A stretch of 64,000 nucleotides of DNA. Origin: Pristiophorus japonicus. Lineage: Eukaryota. The translations under genes and the position numbers were made by a program. Location of the stretch: positions 992,001 to 1,056,000 of the forward strand of contig NC_091977.1 of assembly GCF_044704955.1 (NCBI RefSeq), given 5' to 3'. Below are positions 39,177-52,715 of this stretch, one piece after another; within the stretch, counting starts at the first letter, position 1, and the number at the start of each line of letters is the position of its first letter. The notes beneath the pieces are model-generated. The model was not told where the DNA came from and searched no databases. It saw only the letters and a program-made list of their open reading frames with translations.

Positions 39177-41000
39177 ATGCAACGCGGCACAAGGACCTAG
39201 AATTCCTTACAGGGTGAAGTGGACGCACTAGTTACTGTGATTGAGGCCAGATGGCACGAGCTGGACACCAGCAGAGGTCACATAAAAGTTTCACCAAAAG
39301 AAATGAAGAAACGCTGGAACCAACTTGCAGAAGATTACGGTGCAATGCTGACCACCCCGAGGTCTGGAGGTCGGTGCAGAGAGAAGTGGCAGGACCTTGG
39401 TCAAGTAGTCAGTGTAAGGAATATTTTCATTTATTCAATGGAATTGCAATTGTAAATGTGACCAGCTGCATGTCCCACCCAGCAGAAAGACACCCTCCCT
39501 CAAAAGTTATGTTTTCATCTTTGCAGAGGAAGCTGGCACACAACAAAAGGGAAAGAACTCGAACAGGAGGAGCCTGGTAAACCTGCACCCACTGACACCC
39601 TTGGAAGAGAGGCTCACTGCTTTGATGGTCCTGCCTGGAGAAAAGCAATCACCACGACACAAGCTGGGCCCACACTCGAGGGAGAGGGTAAGTCCTGCAA
39701 ATTCCACAGTCTGCCTTTGCTAAATGTTAAGTACCGCGCGGGCTAGCCACGCTTCGGTTCATGGGGATGTCTCCATCAGCTACACTTCAGTTGATGCAAT
39801 GTGCTATCATTCATCGTGGTCCTTCAAATCAGCCTGCTGCCTGCACTGTGTGAGCCTACTCCTACCATCCACCCTGGCCCCTCCTCTGCTGCTAACCATT
39901 TGTCTGTTCTGTTATATTTTGCAGAACTTGAGGCCAACCTTGACGATGCAGAAGATTGAGACGCGGACGAGACAATCCCACCTTCCAGACCAAGAGCATG
40001 AGGGTGAGGGGGAGGGGTTGTACTCACTCTGGAGGAGGTGCAGGTGTCCCCCATTGAGGTGCCAACCCTTTTCCTGAGTGGTACGAGTGTTGCTGGGACA
40101 TTCCATGGGTTCCCACAGTCCGAGGCTGCGGGTCCCAGTGGGATGTAGTGAGCCACACCCAGGGTCCCACTGTCCGAGGCTGTGGGTCCCAGTGGGATGT
40201 AGTGAGCCACACCCAGGGTGAGGAGGGGAAGGAGAGCTCGACAGCGCTCTCCTCAGCTGCAGGATCTAACAGATGTGGTTCAGATGATGACAATGAGTGC
40301 GGAGAGCATTGACCTTACACGATCACTCCTGGACACCAATAGTGGGGTGGGTGATGAGGTATCAGGACTGTCGGGAGAAGTAACAACACTCTCAGTAGAA
40401 ATGGAAACACTGCGGGAACATGAGGGAGGGAGTTTCGCAGGTGGCTGATACATTGTCGGTGAACATGAGGGAGGGAATGTCACAGGTAGGTGACACACTG
40501 TTAGTGAACATGAGGGAGGGAATGTCACAGGTAGGTGACACACTGTTAGTGAACATGAGGGAGGGAATGTTGCAGGTAGGTGACACACTGTTAGTGAACA
40601 TGAGGGAGGGAATGTTGCAGGTAGGTGAGACGCAGTCGGGGCACATGAGGGAGGGAATGTCGGAGTTAGCTGCTGCAATAGGGGAACGCGCTCAGTCCCT
40701 GCGCCCATTGACAGAATCAGTTGCCACTCCCACTCCAATCCCCAGACCAGCCTCTGAAGGGGCCCAAGTCGGGCCTTCTACATTACCGCCCCTCCCCCCA
40801 CCCCCCGACCCCCCCATCAAGAAGTGCGCAATATCCGAGATGTTCGAAAGAATAAGCTTGGTACCAACCCAAGAAACGATGCGTGTCACCAACACCAAGT
40901 GCAGCGGGCGGTCTGAGAATAAGGTGGAGGAGAGATGGGTGCTGCCTTTCTTTGCTGCTGCTGTTCTTTTTATTATTGCTGTTACTGTTGTCACTGTTCT
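39177..41000 (+). pseudogene. Harbinger Myb/SANT-like DNA-binding gene, three exons (39177-39413, 39527-39687, 39925-~41000)
   Basis: KKRWNQLA...RSGGRCREKWQDL | RKLAHNKRERTRTGG; GT-AG introns; in-frame TAG at codon 8 and later disruptions; 45-bp internal repeat at 40418-40660. Confidence 0.8.
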
Positions 41001-41328
41001 CAAATTAAACATTTTTGTAAGTTATATAAATTTACAAGTTTCAAAGTTTCAAAGTGATCTTAAAGTTTTTAATGATCTTAGAGTTTGAAGTGATCTTAGA
41101 TTTGTCAGCATTGTTAAAGTTTGTAAGTGATCTTAACTGAAAACTTTAAAGTTTGATACAAGAATATTTTTATTAAAGGTAAGTACAAACAAATGTTTCT
41201 TAAACTTTTGAATAAAATATATTTTAAATTATAACTGAATCATTGCCATTATTTGTTCCATTACTAACACAAGATTTTGAAGTAAACAAGAATCATTTCC
41301 ATGATTTGTTCCATTAACACAATTAACA

Positions 41329-42670
41329 TTACGGAATAGTTGCCGCTGATCCCTCGGCAGCAAAGTGTTCATGGATGAGCTGCTGGTGCAAGGCTCGAGC
41401 AATCGTTAAAGGAGCACGAAGGCCCGCTCTCCTCCGCCATCGTACTCTGGGTTCANNNNNNNNNNNNNNNNNNNNNNNNNNNNNNNNNNNNNNNNNNNNN
41501 NNNNNNNNNNNNNNNNNNNNNNNNNNNNNNNNNNNNNNNNNNNNNNNNNNNNNNNNNNNNNNNNNNNNNNNNNNNNNNNNNNNNNNNNNNNNNNNNNNNN
41601 NNNNNNNNNNNNNNNNNNNNNNNNNNNNNNNNNCATCATCATCAGCCACTCTCACCTCAGGTGGGTCTTCGCTACCAGCTGCTGCTGCCTCATGACTAAG
41701 TTATGCAGCATGCAGCACACAACAGTGAACTGACCGACAATCTCAGGGGAGTATAGCAAGTAGCCTCCAGAATGGTCCAGGCATCGGAAACACTGTTTCA
41801 AGATGCCAATGGTCCTCTCTATTATGCTGTGCGTCGCAATGTGCGGCATGTTGTATTCCCGGTCAGCTTCCGTCCGGGTTATACACAAGGGCATTATGAG
41901 CCAGGTGGCAGGCCGTACCCTTTGTCTCCCAGTAGTCAGTTCTGCCCTTCTGGCTGCTGCTGAAACATGGTAGATATAGCGCTCTTGCATAGGATGAATG
42001 CATCATGGGTGCTCCCAGGGTATCTTGCATCAACTGACATGATGCGATTCATATCGTCACACACGAGTTGCACATTAATGGAGCGGAAGCCTTTTCTGTT
42101 CCTTTCCAACTCGCATTCCTCCCAAGATGCACGCAAGGCGATGTGGGTACAATCAATATTGCCCTGTACTTTTGGGAAGCCAGCAATCCTGGAGAAGCCC
42201 ACAGCCCTTTCACGCATTGCCTGGGTGGACATGTAGTCATTCCTCCGGGCATATACTGCAGCAGTCACCTGTCGAATGCAGACATGTGTTGCATGTTGAG
42301 AAATGGCGCACACATCCCCAGTTGTAGCTGGAAACGATCCAGATACATAGAATGAAAGTGCAGCTGGAACCTTCACTTCAACTGACAAAGCAATCCTCCT
42401 GACGCTTCCAGGTTGCAGGTCTGCTTTCACTAACTCACAGATCTCAGTTACAACTTTTTTGTGGAAACGCAGCCTTCTGACACAGTCTGCATCACTCAGG
42501 TGCAGGTACTAACACCTGTCTCAATATACCCGAGGTGGGTAAGGCCTCCTGCCCATCATCCTACATGTTCTGAGGTTCCTCACACGATGGTGTCTAATCA
42601 ATTGTCTCCTCCGCAGCACCATCATGCAGAAGGCTTGCACGTAGTATGACATTGTCACTATTGCCCCCAT
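41329..42670 (-). pseudogene. Harbinger (HARBI1-like, DDE_Tnp_4) transposase, frameshifted
   Basis: GFPKVQGNIDCTHIALR, SINVQLVCD, YPGSTHDAFIL, IERTIGILKQCFRCLD. Confidence 0.92.
41456..41633. other. Assembly gap (178 N)
   Basis: Run of N. Confidence 1.
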
Positions 42671-43604
42671 GATTAAATTGTATCTTTGCAAGAAGCTCAA
42701 AATGACAGGCAGGACAAGTTTCTTTGTTGTCTCGCTCCCCAAGGTCAATGTCCCAGTATGGACCACACCCAGGTCTGAGCATGTGCAATGGGTTTGCATA
42801 GATCGGGAACCTCCCCCCGCTGGATTTATTTGATGCAGAGTGACATAGTGTAAGGGTTCTCATCCCTTCAGTTCAGATTCCACACCCCCCGCCACCCCCC
42901 AGCCCACCCCGCTGGGCTTTTCGAGCCGAGCCCCGAGCCCCTGTGTGCGGGCGAGGGACTGATTCTGCCGGTTGACGCTCCGACCCTCGAGCCCGGTTTG
43001 GAGATGTCCGGTGGGGGCGTGGCACTTTAAAAATTATCCAAACTTAAAGAATTGCACGAAAGCTCCATTCTCTGTATCTTCAGTTGGACAAATGAAGCCC
43101 GATGATGTGTATTTATGTGTTCGTGACTCCCTCCAAAACTTCACCGAAACACAACGGTGCTTTTCTGCGTTGATTTTTTGACGTGCGCTGGTTTTTTGTA
43201 AGTGACCAGAAGGTTTTTTAGGAGTGGCCACATTCGCTGTCCTCGGAGAAATGGAAGTTGGCCAAACTTGCATAATTGTGTAAAAATGACACAGACATCA
43301 GGTTACTATGTCTCAAACAAACCGTAACTAACTGAGTTACGCTGGCACACAATCTTTAAAATTTAGGCCAAAAAAACGGCACAAATCACTGGGGAAAATT
43401 GAGACCCATAATTTTCATGTCCCTGCTCCTTTAGAATCAGAGACTCATCGGGGCTGAAATTGGGGAGCACCACGTGTGGGCTGTTAACTTTTAAAAGTTT
43501 AAAAAATTAGTTCCAAACGCGAATGATTTCAAACTTTTACAACATTTTCCGTTTGCCCAGTGGGCAGTAAGGTTCCACTTCCTTCCTGGAGCGCGATGGG
43601 CAGT

Positions 43605-44630
43605 GGGCAGGGGGAGGGGGCACTGGGGGGCACACTGGGCACTGGGCTGGGGGGCACACTGGGCACTGGGCTGGGGGGCACTGGGGGCACACTGGGCACT
43701 GGGCTGGGGGGCACTGGGCACTGGGGGGCACACTGGGCACTGGGCTGGAAGGCACACTGGGCACTGGGGGGCATACTGGGCACTGGGGGCACACTGGGCA
43801 CTGGGCTGGGGGGCACTGGGGGGCACACTGGGCACTGGGCTGGGGGTACACTGGGCACTGGGCTGGGGGGCACTGGGGGGCACACTGGGCACTGGGCTGG
43901 GGGGTACACTGGGCAATGGGCTGGGGGGCACACTGGGCACTGGGCTGGGGGGCACACTGGGCACTGGGCTGGGGGGCACACTGGGCACTGGGCTGGGGGG
44001 CAGACTGCGCACTGGGCTGGGGGCACACTGGGCACTGGGCTGGGGGGCACACTGGGAAATGTGCTGGGGGGCACACTGGGCACTGGGCTGGGGGGCACAC
44101 TGGGCACTGGGCTGGGGGGCAGACTGCGCACTGGGCTGGGGGCACACTGGGCACTGGGCTGGGGGGCACACTGGGCAATGGGCTGGGGGCACACTGGGCA
44201 CTGGGCTGGGGGGCACACTGGGCAATGTGCTGGGGGCACACTGGGCACACTGGGCACTGGGCTGGGGGGCACACTGGGCACACTGGGCACTGGGCTGGGG
44301 GGCAGACTGCGCACTGGGCTGGGGGCACACTGGGCACTGGGCTGGGGGGCACACTGGGCACTGGGCTGGGGGCACACTGGGCACTGGGCTGGGGGGCACA
44401 CTGGGCAATGTGCTGGGGGCACACTGGGCACACTGGGCACACTGGGCACTGGGCTGGGGGGCACACTGGGCACACTGGGCACTGGGCTGGGGGCCACACT
44501 GGGCCGGGGGGGTAGCGGGGGGGGTCACTGATCTGGTGGGGGGTGCACACTGTGCCGGGGGGGTAGCGGGGGGGGGTCACTGATCTGGTGGGGGGTGCAC
44601 ACTGGGCCGGGGGGTAGGGGGGGGTCACTG
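43605..44630. repeat. G-rich low-complexity tandem array
   Basis: Built from GGGCACT, GGGCT and GGGGGGCACACT units. Confidence 0.95.
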
Positions 44631-44674
44631 AGTAGAGCCGTGGAGCAGAGACTTTGCAGAAAGCAGCGGTCCCA

Positions 44675-45538
44675 GTACCGACCCTGGGGAACACCACTGT
44701 GTACCGATCCTGGGGTACACCACTGTGTACCGACCCTGGGGAACACCACTGTGTACCGACCCTGGGGAACGACACTGTGTACCGACCCTGGGGAACACCA
44801 CTGTGTACCGACCCTGGGGAACGACACTGTGTACCGACTCTGGGGAACACCACTGTGTACCGACCCTGGGGAACACCACTGTGTACCGACCCTGGGGAAC
44901 ACCACTGTGTACCGACTCTGGGGAACACCACTGTGAATCGACCCTGGGGTACACCACTGTGTACCGACCCTGGGGAACACCACTGTGTACCGACGTTGGG
45001 GAACACCACTGTGTATCGACCCTGGGGTACACCACTGTGTACCGACCCTGGGGTACACCACTGTGTACCGACTCTGGGGAACACCACTGTGAATCGACCC
45101 TGGGGTACACCACTGTGTACCGACCCTGGGGAACACCACTGTGTACCGACGTTGGGGAACACCACTGTGTATCGACCCTGGGGAACACCACTGTGTACCG
45201 ACGTTGGGGAACACCACTGTGTACCGACCCTGGGGAACACCACTGTGTACCGACCCTGGGGAACACCACTGTGTACCGACCCTGGGGTACACCACTGTGT
45301 ACCGATCCTGGGGAACACCACTGTGTCCCGACACTGGGGAACACCACTGTGTACCGACCCTGGGGTACACCACTGTGTACCGATCCTGGGGAACACCACT
45401 GTGTACCGATCCTGGGGTACACCACTGTGTACCGATCCTGGGGAACGACACTGTGTACCGATCCTGGGGTACACCACTTTGTACCGACCCTGGGGAACAC
45501 CACTGTATACCGATCCTGGGGTACACCACTGTGTACCT
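44675..45538. repeat. 26-bp minisatellite, ~33 copies
   Basis: Unit ACCACTGTGTACCGACCCTGGGGAAC. Confidence 0.96.
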
Positions 45539-46059
45539 CCCTCCAGTGCGATAAACAACTGTTGAGTTGATCTTCTCGCTGCAGATGGTCAGTAAATGTT
45601 TAGGGACCAGTATCGCCCCCCAGAGGTAACAACGGGAGGTGCTCAGGAGGCCAATTCCTCGACCTCTGTGTTTAAACTTCACTGTGTATACATTGAGCAT
45701 GGAACACTTTTATTTTTGGTAACTGTGATGTGAATTGCTATTTAATCTAGAGTCACAGATACTTGGAATTTATCGCTTCAGCTAAGTTCATTTATGAACA
45801 AGTAAATTTAAAAATTGTTACAATGGGGATTGTACTGTTACCCTTGAGTATCCAATAATATTTGTTTACTGCTGTGCTTAGAGTGAAGGCACCTCATGAA
45901 TCAAAGGAGAAAGTGCAGTTCTGTTATTGGTAGTGATGGACTATTGACTGAATGATGTGACCACTGTCACCAGAGGCCACCTGGAAGTATCGGAATATAT
46001 TAACCTGAAGTACATTTGTCACTGTCACAGCCACAGTTGACCAGGAGTTGTAACAGTAA

Positions 46060-46713
46060 CATGGGGGTACTGGTGCATGAAACACAAAAGGATAGTAGGT
46101 AGGTACAGCAAGTGATCAGGAAGGCCAATGGTATCTTGGCCTTTATTACAAAGGGGATGGAGTGTAAAAGCAGGGAAGTCTTGCTACAGTTATACAGAGT
46201 ATTGGTGAGGTCACACCTGGAATACTGCGTGCAGTTTTGGTTTCCATATTTTTACGAAAGGATATACTTGCTTTGGAGGCAGTTCAGAGAAGGTTCACTG
46301 GGTTGATGAGGGGGTTGACTTATGAGGAAAGGTTGAGTCGATTGGGCCTCTACTCATTGGAATTCAGAAGAATGACAGGTGATCTTATCGAAACATGTAT
46401 AAGATTATGAGGGGGCTTGACAAGGTGGATGCAGAGAGGATGTTTCCACTGATAGGGGAAACTAGAACTAGGGGGCATAATCTTAGAATAAGGGGCCGCC
46501 CATTTAAAACTGAGATGAGGAGAAATTTCTTCTCTCAGAGGGTTGTAAATCTGTGGAATTCGCTGCCTCAGAGAGCTGTGGAAGCTGGGACATTGAATAA
46601 ATTTAAGACAGAGATAGACAGTTTCTTAACTGATAAGGGAATAAGAGATTATGGGGAGCAGGCTCGAGGGGCCGTATGGCCTACTCCTGCTCCTATTTCT
46701 TATGTTCTTATGT
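46060..46713 (+). mobile_element. CR1-type LINE 3' fragment
   Basis: ORFs 46112..46306 and 46395..46742; CTTATGTT tail. Confidence 0.88.
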
Positions 46714-46716
46714 TCA

Positions 46717-47075
46717 TAGTGGTTATGTTATTGGGCCAGTAATCCAGAGGCCTGGACAAATGATCCAGAGGCCAGAGTTCAAATCCCACCACGGCAACTG
46801 GGGAATAAAATATTCAGTGAGTTAAAATCTGGAATGAAAAGCTATTATCAGTAATGGTGACCATGAAACTATCTGATTGTTATAATCCCCATCTGGTTCA
46901 CTAATGCCCTACCCGGTCTGGCCTACATGTGACTCCAGACCCACAGCAATGTGATTGACTTTGAACTGCCCTCTGCGGTTCAGGAAGGCGACTTACCATC
47001 AGCTTCTCACGGGCAATTAGGGAGGGCCCATAAAGGGTGACCTTGGCAGTGATGCTCATATCACAAGAATTAATT
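46717..47075 (+). mobile_element. tRNA-derived SINE-like element
   Basis: A-box-like TAGTGGTTA, B-box-like AGTTCAAATCCC, and a 3' end shared with the LINE tail family. Confidence 0.55.
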
Positions 47076-47384
47076 CAAAAAAACATTTTTACAATTGCTG
47101 AAGTACAGAGAAAAGGAATAATCACTGGCCACAATGATCTAACAATACTTTGGGGGAAAGCTTGCCCTGTGCCCTGATTGGGGCAGTAAGTTTCTGGGGC
47201 CAGGACTTTGAGCGCCCGGAATTGCCCCACACAGGAAGTGGAACACAATCTCACGCGCTGCACTTCCTTTGGGGGTGGGACCCGGAGCACTATTGGGGAA
47301 CTGAAGGAAGCTCTATGTGGATGCTCCACACAGTGTGCTGACACACTTCAACGCCTCTCCCCTTGCTCTCTGCAAGGCCTCAGA

Positions 47385-49350
47385 TGTGGTTGACCCTTAA
47401 CTGCCCTCTGCAATCACATAGCAAGCCACTCAGTTGTAACAAACCGCAATGAAAAACAATAATAAGAATAAAACCGGACGGACCACCCGACATCGACCTT
47501 GGCACTGGCTTCGGGCACGATAACGGCCCACCCAGCCCAGCCCACCCGGCAAAGTCCTCCTCACCAATGTCTGGGGACTTGTGGTAAAATTGGGAGAGCT
47601 GTCCCACTGACCAGTCAAGCAACAGCCTGACATAGTCATACTCACACAATCATACCTTTCAACCAATGTCCCAGACTCCTCCATCACCATCCCAGCGGCA
47701 GGACAGACCCACCCGAGGTGGTGGCTCAGTGGTATACAGTGTGGAGGGAGTGGCCCTGGGAGTCCTCAACATTGACTCCGGACCCCATGAGGTCTCATGG
47801 CTTCAGGTCAAACATGGACACGGAAACCTCCTGCTGATTCCCACCGACCGCCCTCCCTCAGCTGATGAATCAGTTCTCCTCCATGTTCAACACCACTTGG
47901 TAGAAGCACTGAGGGTAGCAAGGGCACAGAATGTACTCTGGGTGGGGGACTTCAATGTCCATCACCAGGAGCGGCTCGGTAGCACCACTACTGACCGAAC
48001 TGGCCGAGTCCTGAAGGACATAGCTGGCAGACTGGGCCTGCGGCAGGTGGTGAGAGAACCAACACGAGAGAGCAACCTACTTGACCTTGTCCTCACCAAT
48101 CTACCTGTCACAGATGCATCTGTCCATGACAGCATTGGTAGCAGTGACCACCACACAGTCATTGTGGAGACAAAGTCCCATCTTCACACTGAGGACACCC
48201 TCCATCGTGTTGTGTGGAACTACCACCGTACTCAATGGGATAGATTCAGAACAGACCTAGAAGATCAAATCTGGTCATCCCTGAGGTCCTGTGGGCCATC
48301 AGCAGCAGCAGAATTGTATTCCACCACAATCTGTAACCTCATGGCCCGACATATCCCTCACTCTACCATTACCATCGAGCCAGGAGACCAACCCTGGTTC
48401 AATGAGGAGTGGAGAAACAGCATGCCAGGAGCAGCACCAGGCGTACTTGAAAATGAGGTGCCAACCTGGAGAATCTGCAACACAAGACTACATACATGCT
48501 ACACAGCGGAAGCAGCATGCTATAGACAGAGCTAAGCGATCCCACAATCAACGGATCAGATCAAAGCTCTGCAGTTCTGCCACATCCAGTCATGAATGTA
48601 ACAACTGGAGGAGGAGTCTCCATGAATATCCCCATCCTCAACGATGGCGGAACCCAGCACGTGAGTGCAAAAGACAAGGCTGAAGCGTTTACAACCATCT
48701 TCAGCCAGAAGTGCCAAGTGGGTGATCCATATTGGCCTCCACCTGAGGTCCCCACCATCACAGAAGCCAGACTTCAGCCAAGTCGATTCACTCCACGTGA
48801 TACCAAGAAACGGCTGAGCGCACTGGATACAGCAAAGGCTATAGGTCCCGACAGCATCCTGACTGTTGTGCTGAAGACTTGTGCTCCAGAACTAGCCTCG
48901 TCTCTAGCCAAGCTGTTCCAGTACAGCTACAACACTGGCATCGACCTGACAATGTGGGAAACTGCCCAGGTAAGTCCTGTCCACAAATGGAGGACAAATC
49001 CAATCTGGCCAATTACAGCCCGATCAGACTACTCTCAAGGTTTCTTCGGCAGCAACTCGCAAACCCGCGACCTCTACCACCTCGATAGACAAGTGCAGGA
49101 GGCACATGGGAACACCACCACCTCCACGTTCCCCTCCGAGTCACACACCATCCTGACTTGAAATATATCGGCGTTCATTCATCGTCGCTGGATCACAATC
49201 CTGGAACTCCCTCCCGAACAGCACTGTGGGAGCACCTTCACCACACGGACTGCAGCGGTTCAAGAAGGCGGCTCACCACCACCTTCTCAAGGGGCAGTTA
49301 GCGATGGACAATAAATGTCGGGCTTGGCAGTGACGATCACATCCCATGAA
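47385..49350 (+). mobile_element. Non-LTR retrotransposon (APE endonuclease plus start of RT), internally deleted
   Basis: RGGG, WVGDFNVHH, PTRESNLLDLVLT, SDHHTV, KAIGPD, NYSPIRLLS. Confidence 0.88.
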
Positions 49351-49652
49351 TACATTTTTTTAAAGATATTTGGAGCCTTTATATCCTGTAACCTGGAATG
49401 AACTATTTCCTCTCTTTTTATGTTGATAATTGTAGTAATGCTGTATGTTTTATCACTCTAGTAATGGATACACTGAATGTATAATGGAATTGTTCTGTTT
49501 TTCTCTGTAATAGTGACTGCAGTGAAGGTAACATGATCAGTTAAATATACAAATATGACTGTAAATAAATGAACTATATAAATAATTACTAACATGGATT
49601 AAGGAATTGTGATTTGATATCAAAGTGCTGACATTGTTTCTCTTTCCAACAG

Positions 49653-49994
49653 GAAACACCAATCATATTTATTTTTTAGATGAGAGAGCTGAAATTCCAT
49701 TAAAAGGACCAGACAATCCTGGGGATGGCCCTGTTGTCTGGGAATGGAAAGCACACTCAGGGCAAGTAATGCAGCGGCTGGTTACTTTTCACAAGAGGAG
49801 TTCGGGCTGGTGGGACGCACAATGGAATGATCAGACTGGAGATCAGGACTTGTACAGTAAAGCACGGCAGGATCCTGGTACCATCAATCTGAGAATTTAC
49901 AATCTCACATTTAAACTTGCGGGATCGTTCATCTTAACTCAAACACAGCCGAGTAATAAAACCCTGAAACTGTACGAACTATTTGGGATCAAAG
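49653..49994 (+). CDS. Ig-superfamily receptor exon, D1 (V-like, no cysteines)
   Basis: Acceptor TTTCTCTTTCCAACAG, donor GTGAGT, 342 nt, phase 1/1; C-strand VVWEW, E-strand NLRIYNL, F-strand LAGSF. Confidence 0.8.
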
Positions 49995-51244
49995 GTGAGT
50001 GGGACAAAGAGCAGAAAAAGGTCAACAAAACGATTCTCGGTAAATAATTTCACATGTAATGATGAGAGATTGCCAGGACCACGTGAGATTGATATCACCC
50101 AGTGCAGAGAGCAGCTCTCATTAAACAGGGGAAAGATTTTGTTCGTTGTTTCTCCTGAAATAGTCAACATGAGTAAAAATGTGTTGATAATTTCACCAGA
50201 AATAGCAAACGGAGGAATCTAGCCCACAGAGAGTATTATGGTCTGTACACTGACGCACTCCCTGTAAGATGCAGTGAACACTGTTACCACAACAGTAGGT
50301 CACTGTAGTAATAGGCCTCAGCACTGTGGGACAGGTATACGATGGGCCAGTATCACTGCTCCTGATTGGTGCCCACTGAACCGTTAGATGTGGCACTTGG
50401 TTCAGGTCCCAGAGGATGTGGGGTGTCTGTGGAACTTGTGCTCTGCCAAAGAGTTAACGCCTTCAGGAAAGCGGGAAGGAACATGACGGAGAAAAATAGG
50501 TATATTGTGTCAATTCAATAATATTTAAAATCTTTAGTGTAAATAAATCAAAATCTTTAAATGGTGCCAACAAAAGATGTTGCTGAACAGCTTCACATCC
50601 TGGTTGATTGATGGGTGGAACATCTAAATGAGGCGAAGGTCACCGTCAAATGAACTTGATACAAAATATCATCCTATCCTGAAATATCATCATGGACAAA
50701 ATATGATCGTGACGGTACTGTCCCTGGACCATTACATAGGAATACATCGGATATCATCATCATAGGCGGTCCTCGAAACGCCAAAAAAAGGACGAGTTCA
50801 CAGGTGTTTCAATGAAGGACCTAATATTCCCGATCCCGAACTCCATGTTGAAGGGTGGAAGATGTCAGTGCGTGGATTTTTTAACGTGGGGTGACCGTTG
50901 CACACCAGCCACCACACGGACTTGACAGAGCTAGGTCTTGGTCCAGTGGCAAGGATTACCCAAGACAACTGGAGACCTGCTCTGCTGCACGGACCTAGTG
51001 CGCACACATATCGCAGTGTGGGCTGGACCATGCTGCCCCTGGGCCCCTGGCCCTGAACTCATGCCTCCCCTGGGCCCCGATCACCTCCCTCCACAGTCTC
51101 TCACAGCTCCTTCGCCCCGACCTCGCTGCTCCTGCTGTATCTGCCCACGCTCCAATCACTGACCTGGACCTTGATGACTTCACTCTTGGTTGCCGTCGCC
51201 CTCCTGCACCAGCTCGCGCAGTACCTTGTCGTGGTATGCAGCCA

Positions 51245-51760
51245 CACTGTCCATGGCCATCGCTTGCTGCTACTTTTATGGCCTGACCTGCCGCTGATGT
51301 TCCCTCGCAGGTCGGGGTCTCCACACTGCCCATGGCCATCGCTCACTGCTCCTTTTATGGCCCGACCTGCCGCTGATGTTCCCTCGCAGGTCGGGGTCTC
51401 CACACTGTCCATGGCCATCGCTCACTGCTCCTTTTATGGCCCGACCTGTCGCTGATGTTCCCTCGCAGGTCGGGGTCTCCACACTGCCCATGGCCATCGC
51501 TCACTGCTCCTTTTATGGCCCGACCTGCCGCTGATGTTCCCTCGCAGGTCGGGGTCTCCACACTGCCCATGGCCATCGCTCACTGCTCCTTTTATGGCCC
51601 GACCTGCCGCTGATGTTCCCTCGCAGGTCGGGGTCTCCACACTGCCCATGGCCATCGCTCACTGCTCCTTTTATGGCCCTGACCTGCCGCTGATGTTCCC
51701 TCGCAGGTCGGGGTCTCCACACTGCCCATGGCCATCGCTCACTGCTCCTTTTATGGCCCC
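51245..51760. repeat. 79-bp minisatellite, ~6 copies
   Basis: Near-identical ORFs offset by 79 nt; unit CCATGGCCATCGCTCACTGCTCC...CCACACTGC. Confidence 0.93.
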
Positions 51761-51899
51761 GAGGGGTCACTAAGGGGTTTCGGAAACATAGAATGAGCCA
51801 TTGATCTCCAACCACTAAATTGATTGTTAATATCAAACATCCATCTGCCGCCTGTGGTTGTATGGTGGCTATATATCAGTTACAGATAGAGTATCCCTT

Positions 51900-52715
51900 C
51901 CACTTCTGCAACACCGCCCGACTCTTCCCCTACTCCAGCCTATCTGCCGCTAAAACTCTCATTCGTGTATTTGTCACCTCCAGACTTGACTATTGCAATG
52001 TTTTCCTGGCCGGCATCACACCCTCTACCCTCTGTAAACTTCAGCTTGTTCAAAACTCTGATGTCCAATTTCTATCCAACACCAAGTTCCACTCATCCAT
52101 CACCCTTGTTCTTGAGGACCTACATTGGTTCTGGATCCCACAATTAATCTAATTGAAGATTATCATCCCTGTGTTTAAATCCTTTCATGGCTTCACCCTT
52201 AGGTCACTGTAACCTCCACTAACCATGCAACCCATCCCTTCCATGCCCCATAACTGCATTCCTCTAACTCTCGCCTCTTGTAAATCCCCTCCTTCATCTC
52301 ACCATCGGTGACCACGCCTTCAGCTATCGGATATACAGAACATAAACAGGCCATTCGGCCCAACCAGTCCAGTTTATGCTCCACTGGATCCTCCTCCCGT
52401 CTTACCTCATCTAAATCTATCAGCATAACCCTCCATTCCCTTCTCCCTCATATGCTTATCCAGCCTCCCCTTAAATACATCGATACTATTCACTTCAACC
52501 CCTCCCTGTGGTAGTGAGTTCCACATTCTCACCACTCTCTGGGTAAAGAAGTTTCTTCTGAATTCCCCATTGGATTTCTTGGGTGACTATCTTATATTGG
52601 TGGCCTCTAGTTCTGCTCTTCCCCACAAGTGGAAACTCTCTCTCTGTATCTACTCGATCAACACCCTTCATCATTTTAAAGACCATTATCAGGTCACCCC
52701 TCAGCCTACTCTATT
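51900..52715. mobile_element. L2 3' fragment (+, ~51900-52330) and CR1 3' fragment (-, ~52335-52715)
   Basis: FVTSRLDYCN, LQLVQN, LHW; FKMMKGVDRVD...SRTRGH. Confidence 0.8.

Larger units (their letters stand above)
38847..43407. mobile_element. PIF/Harbinger DNA transposon (two genes, decayed) in the intron after the signal-peptide exon
   Basis: Imperfect TIRs AGCCTCAAATTTCCCC...GCCGTTTTTT / AAAAAACGGC...GGGGAAAATTGAGACC; convergent Myb/SANT and DDE transposase genes. Confidence 0.88.

Noticed and set aside
41329-42670. Domesticated HARBI1/NAIF1 host genes
   Set aside because: Frameshifts and stops, plus enclosing TIRs, indicate a decayed transposon copy
43605-44500. Ig class-switch-like region (GGGCT pentamers)
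   Set aside because: Lacks AGCT/GAGCT hotspot density, and the host gene is not an IgH locus
43491-45700. Long Pro/Cys/Gly-rich ORFs
   Set aside because: Translations of low-complexity and 26-bp tandem repeats, open in nearly all frames
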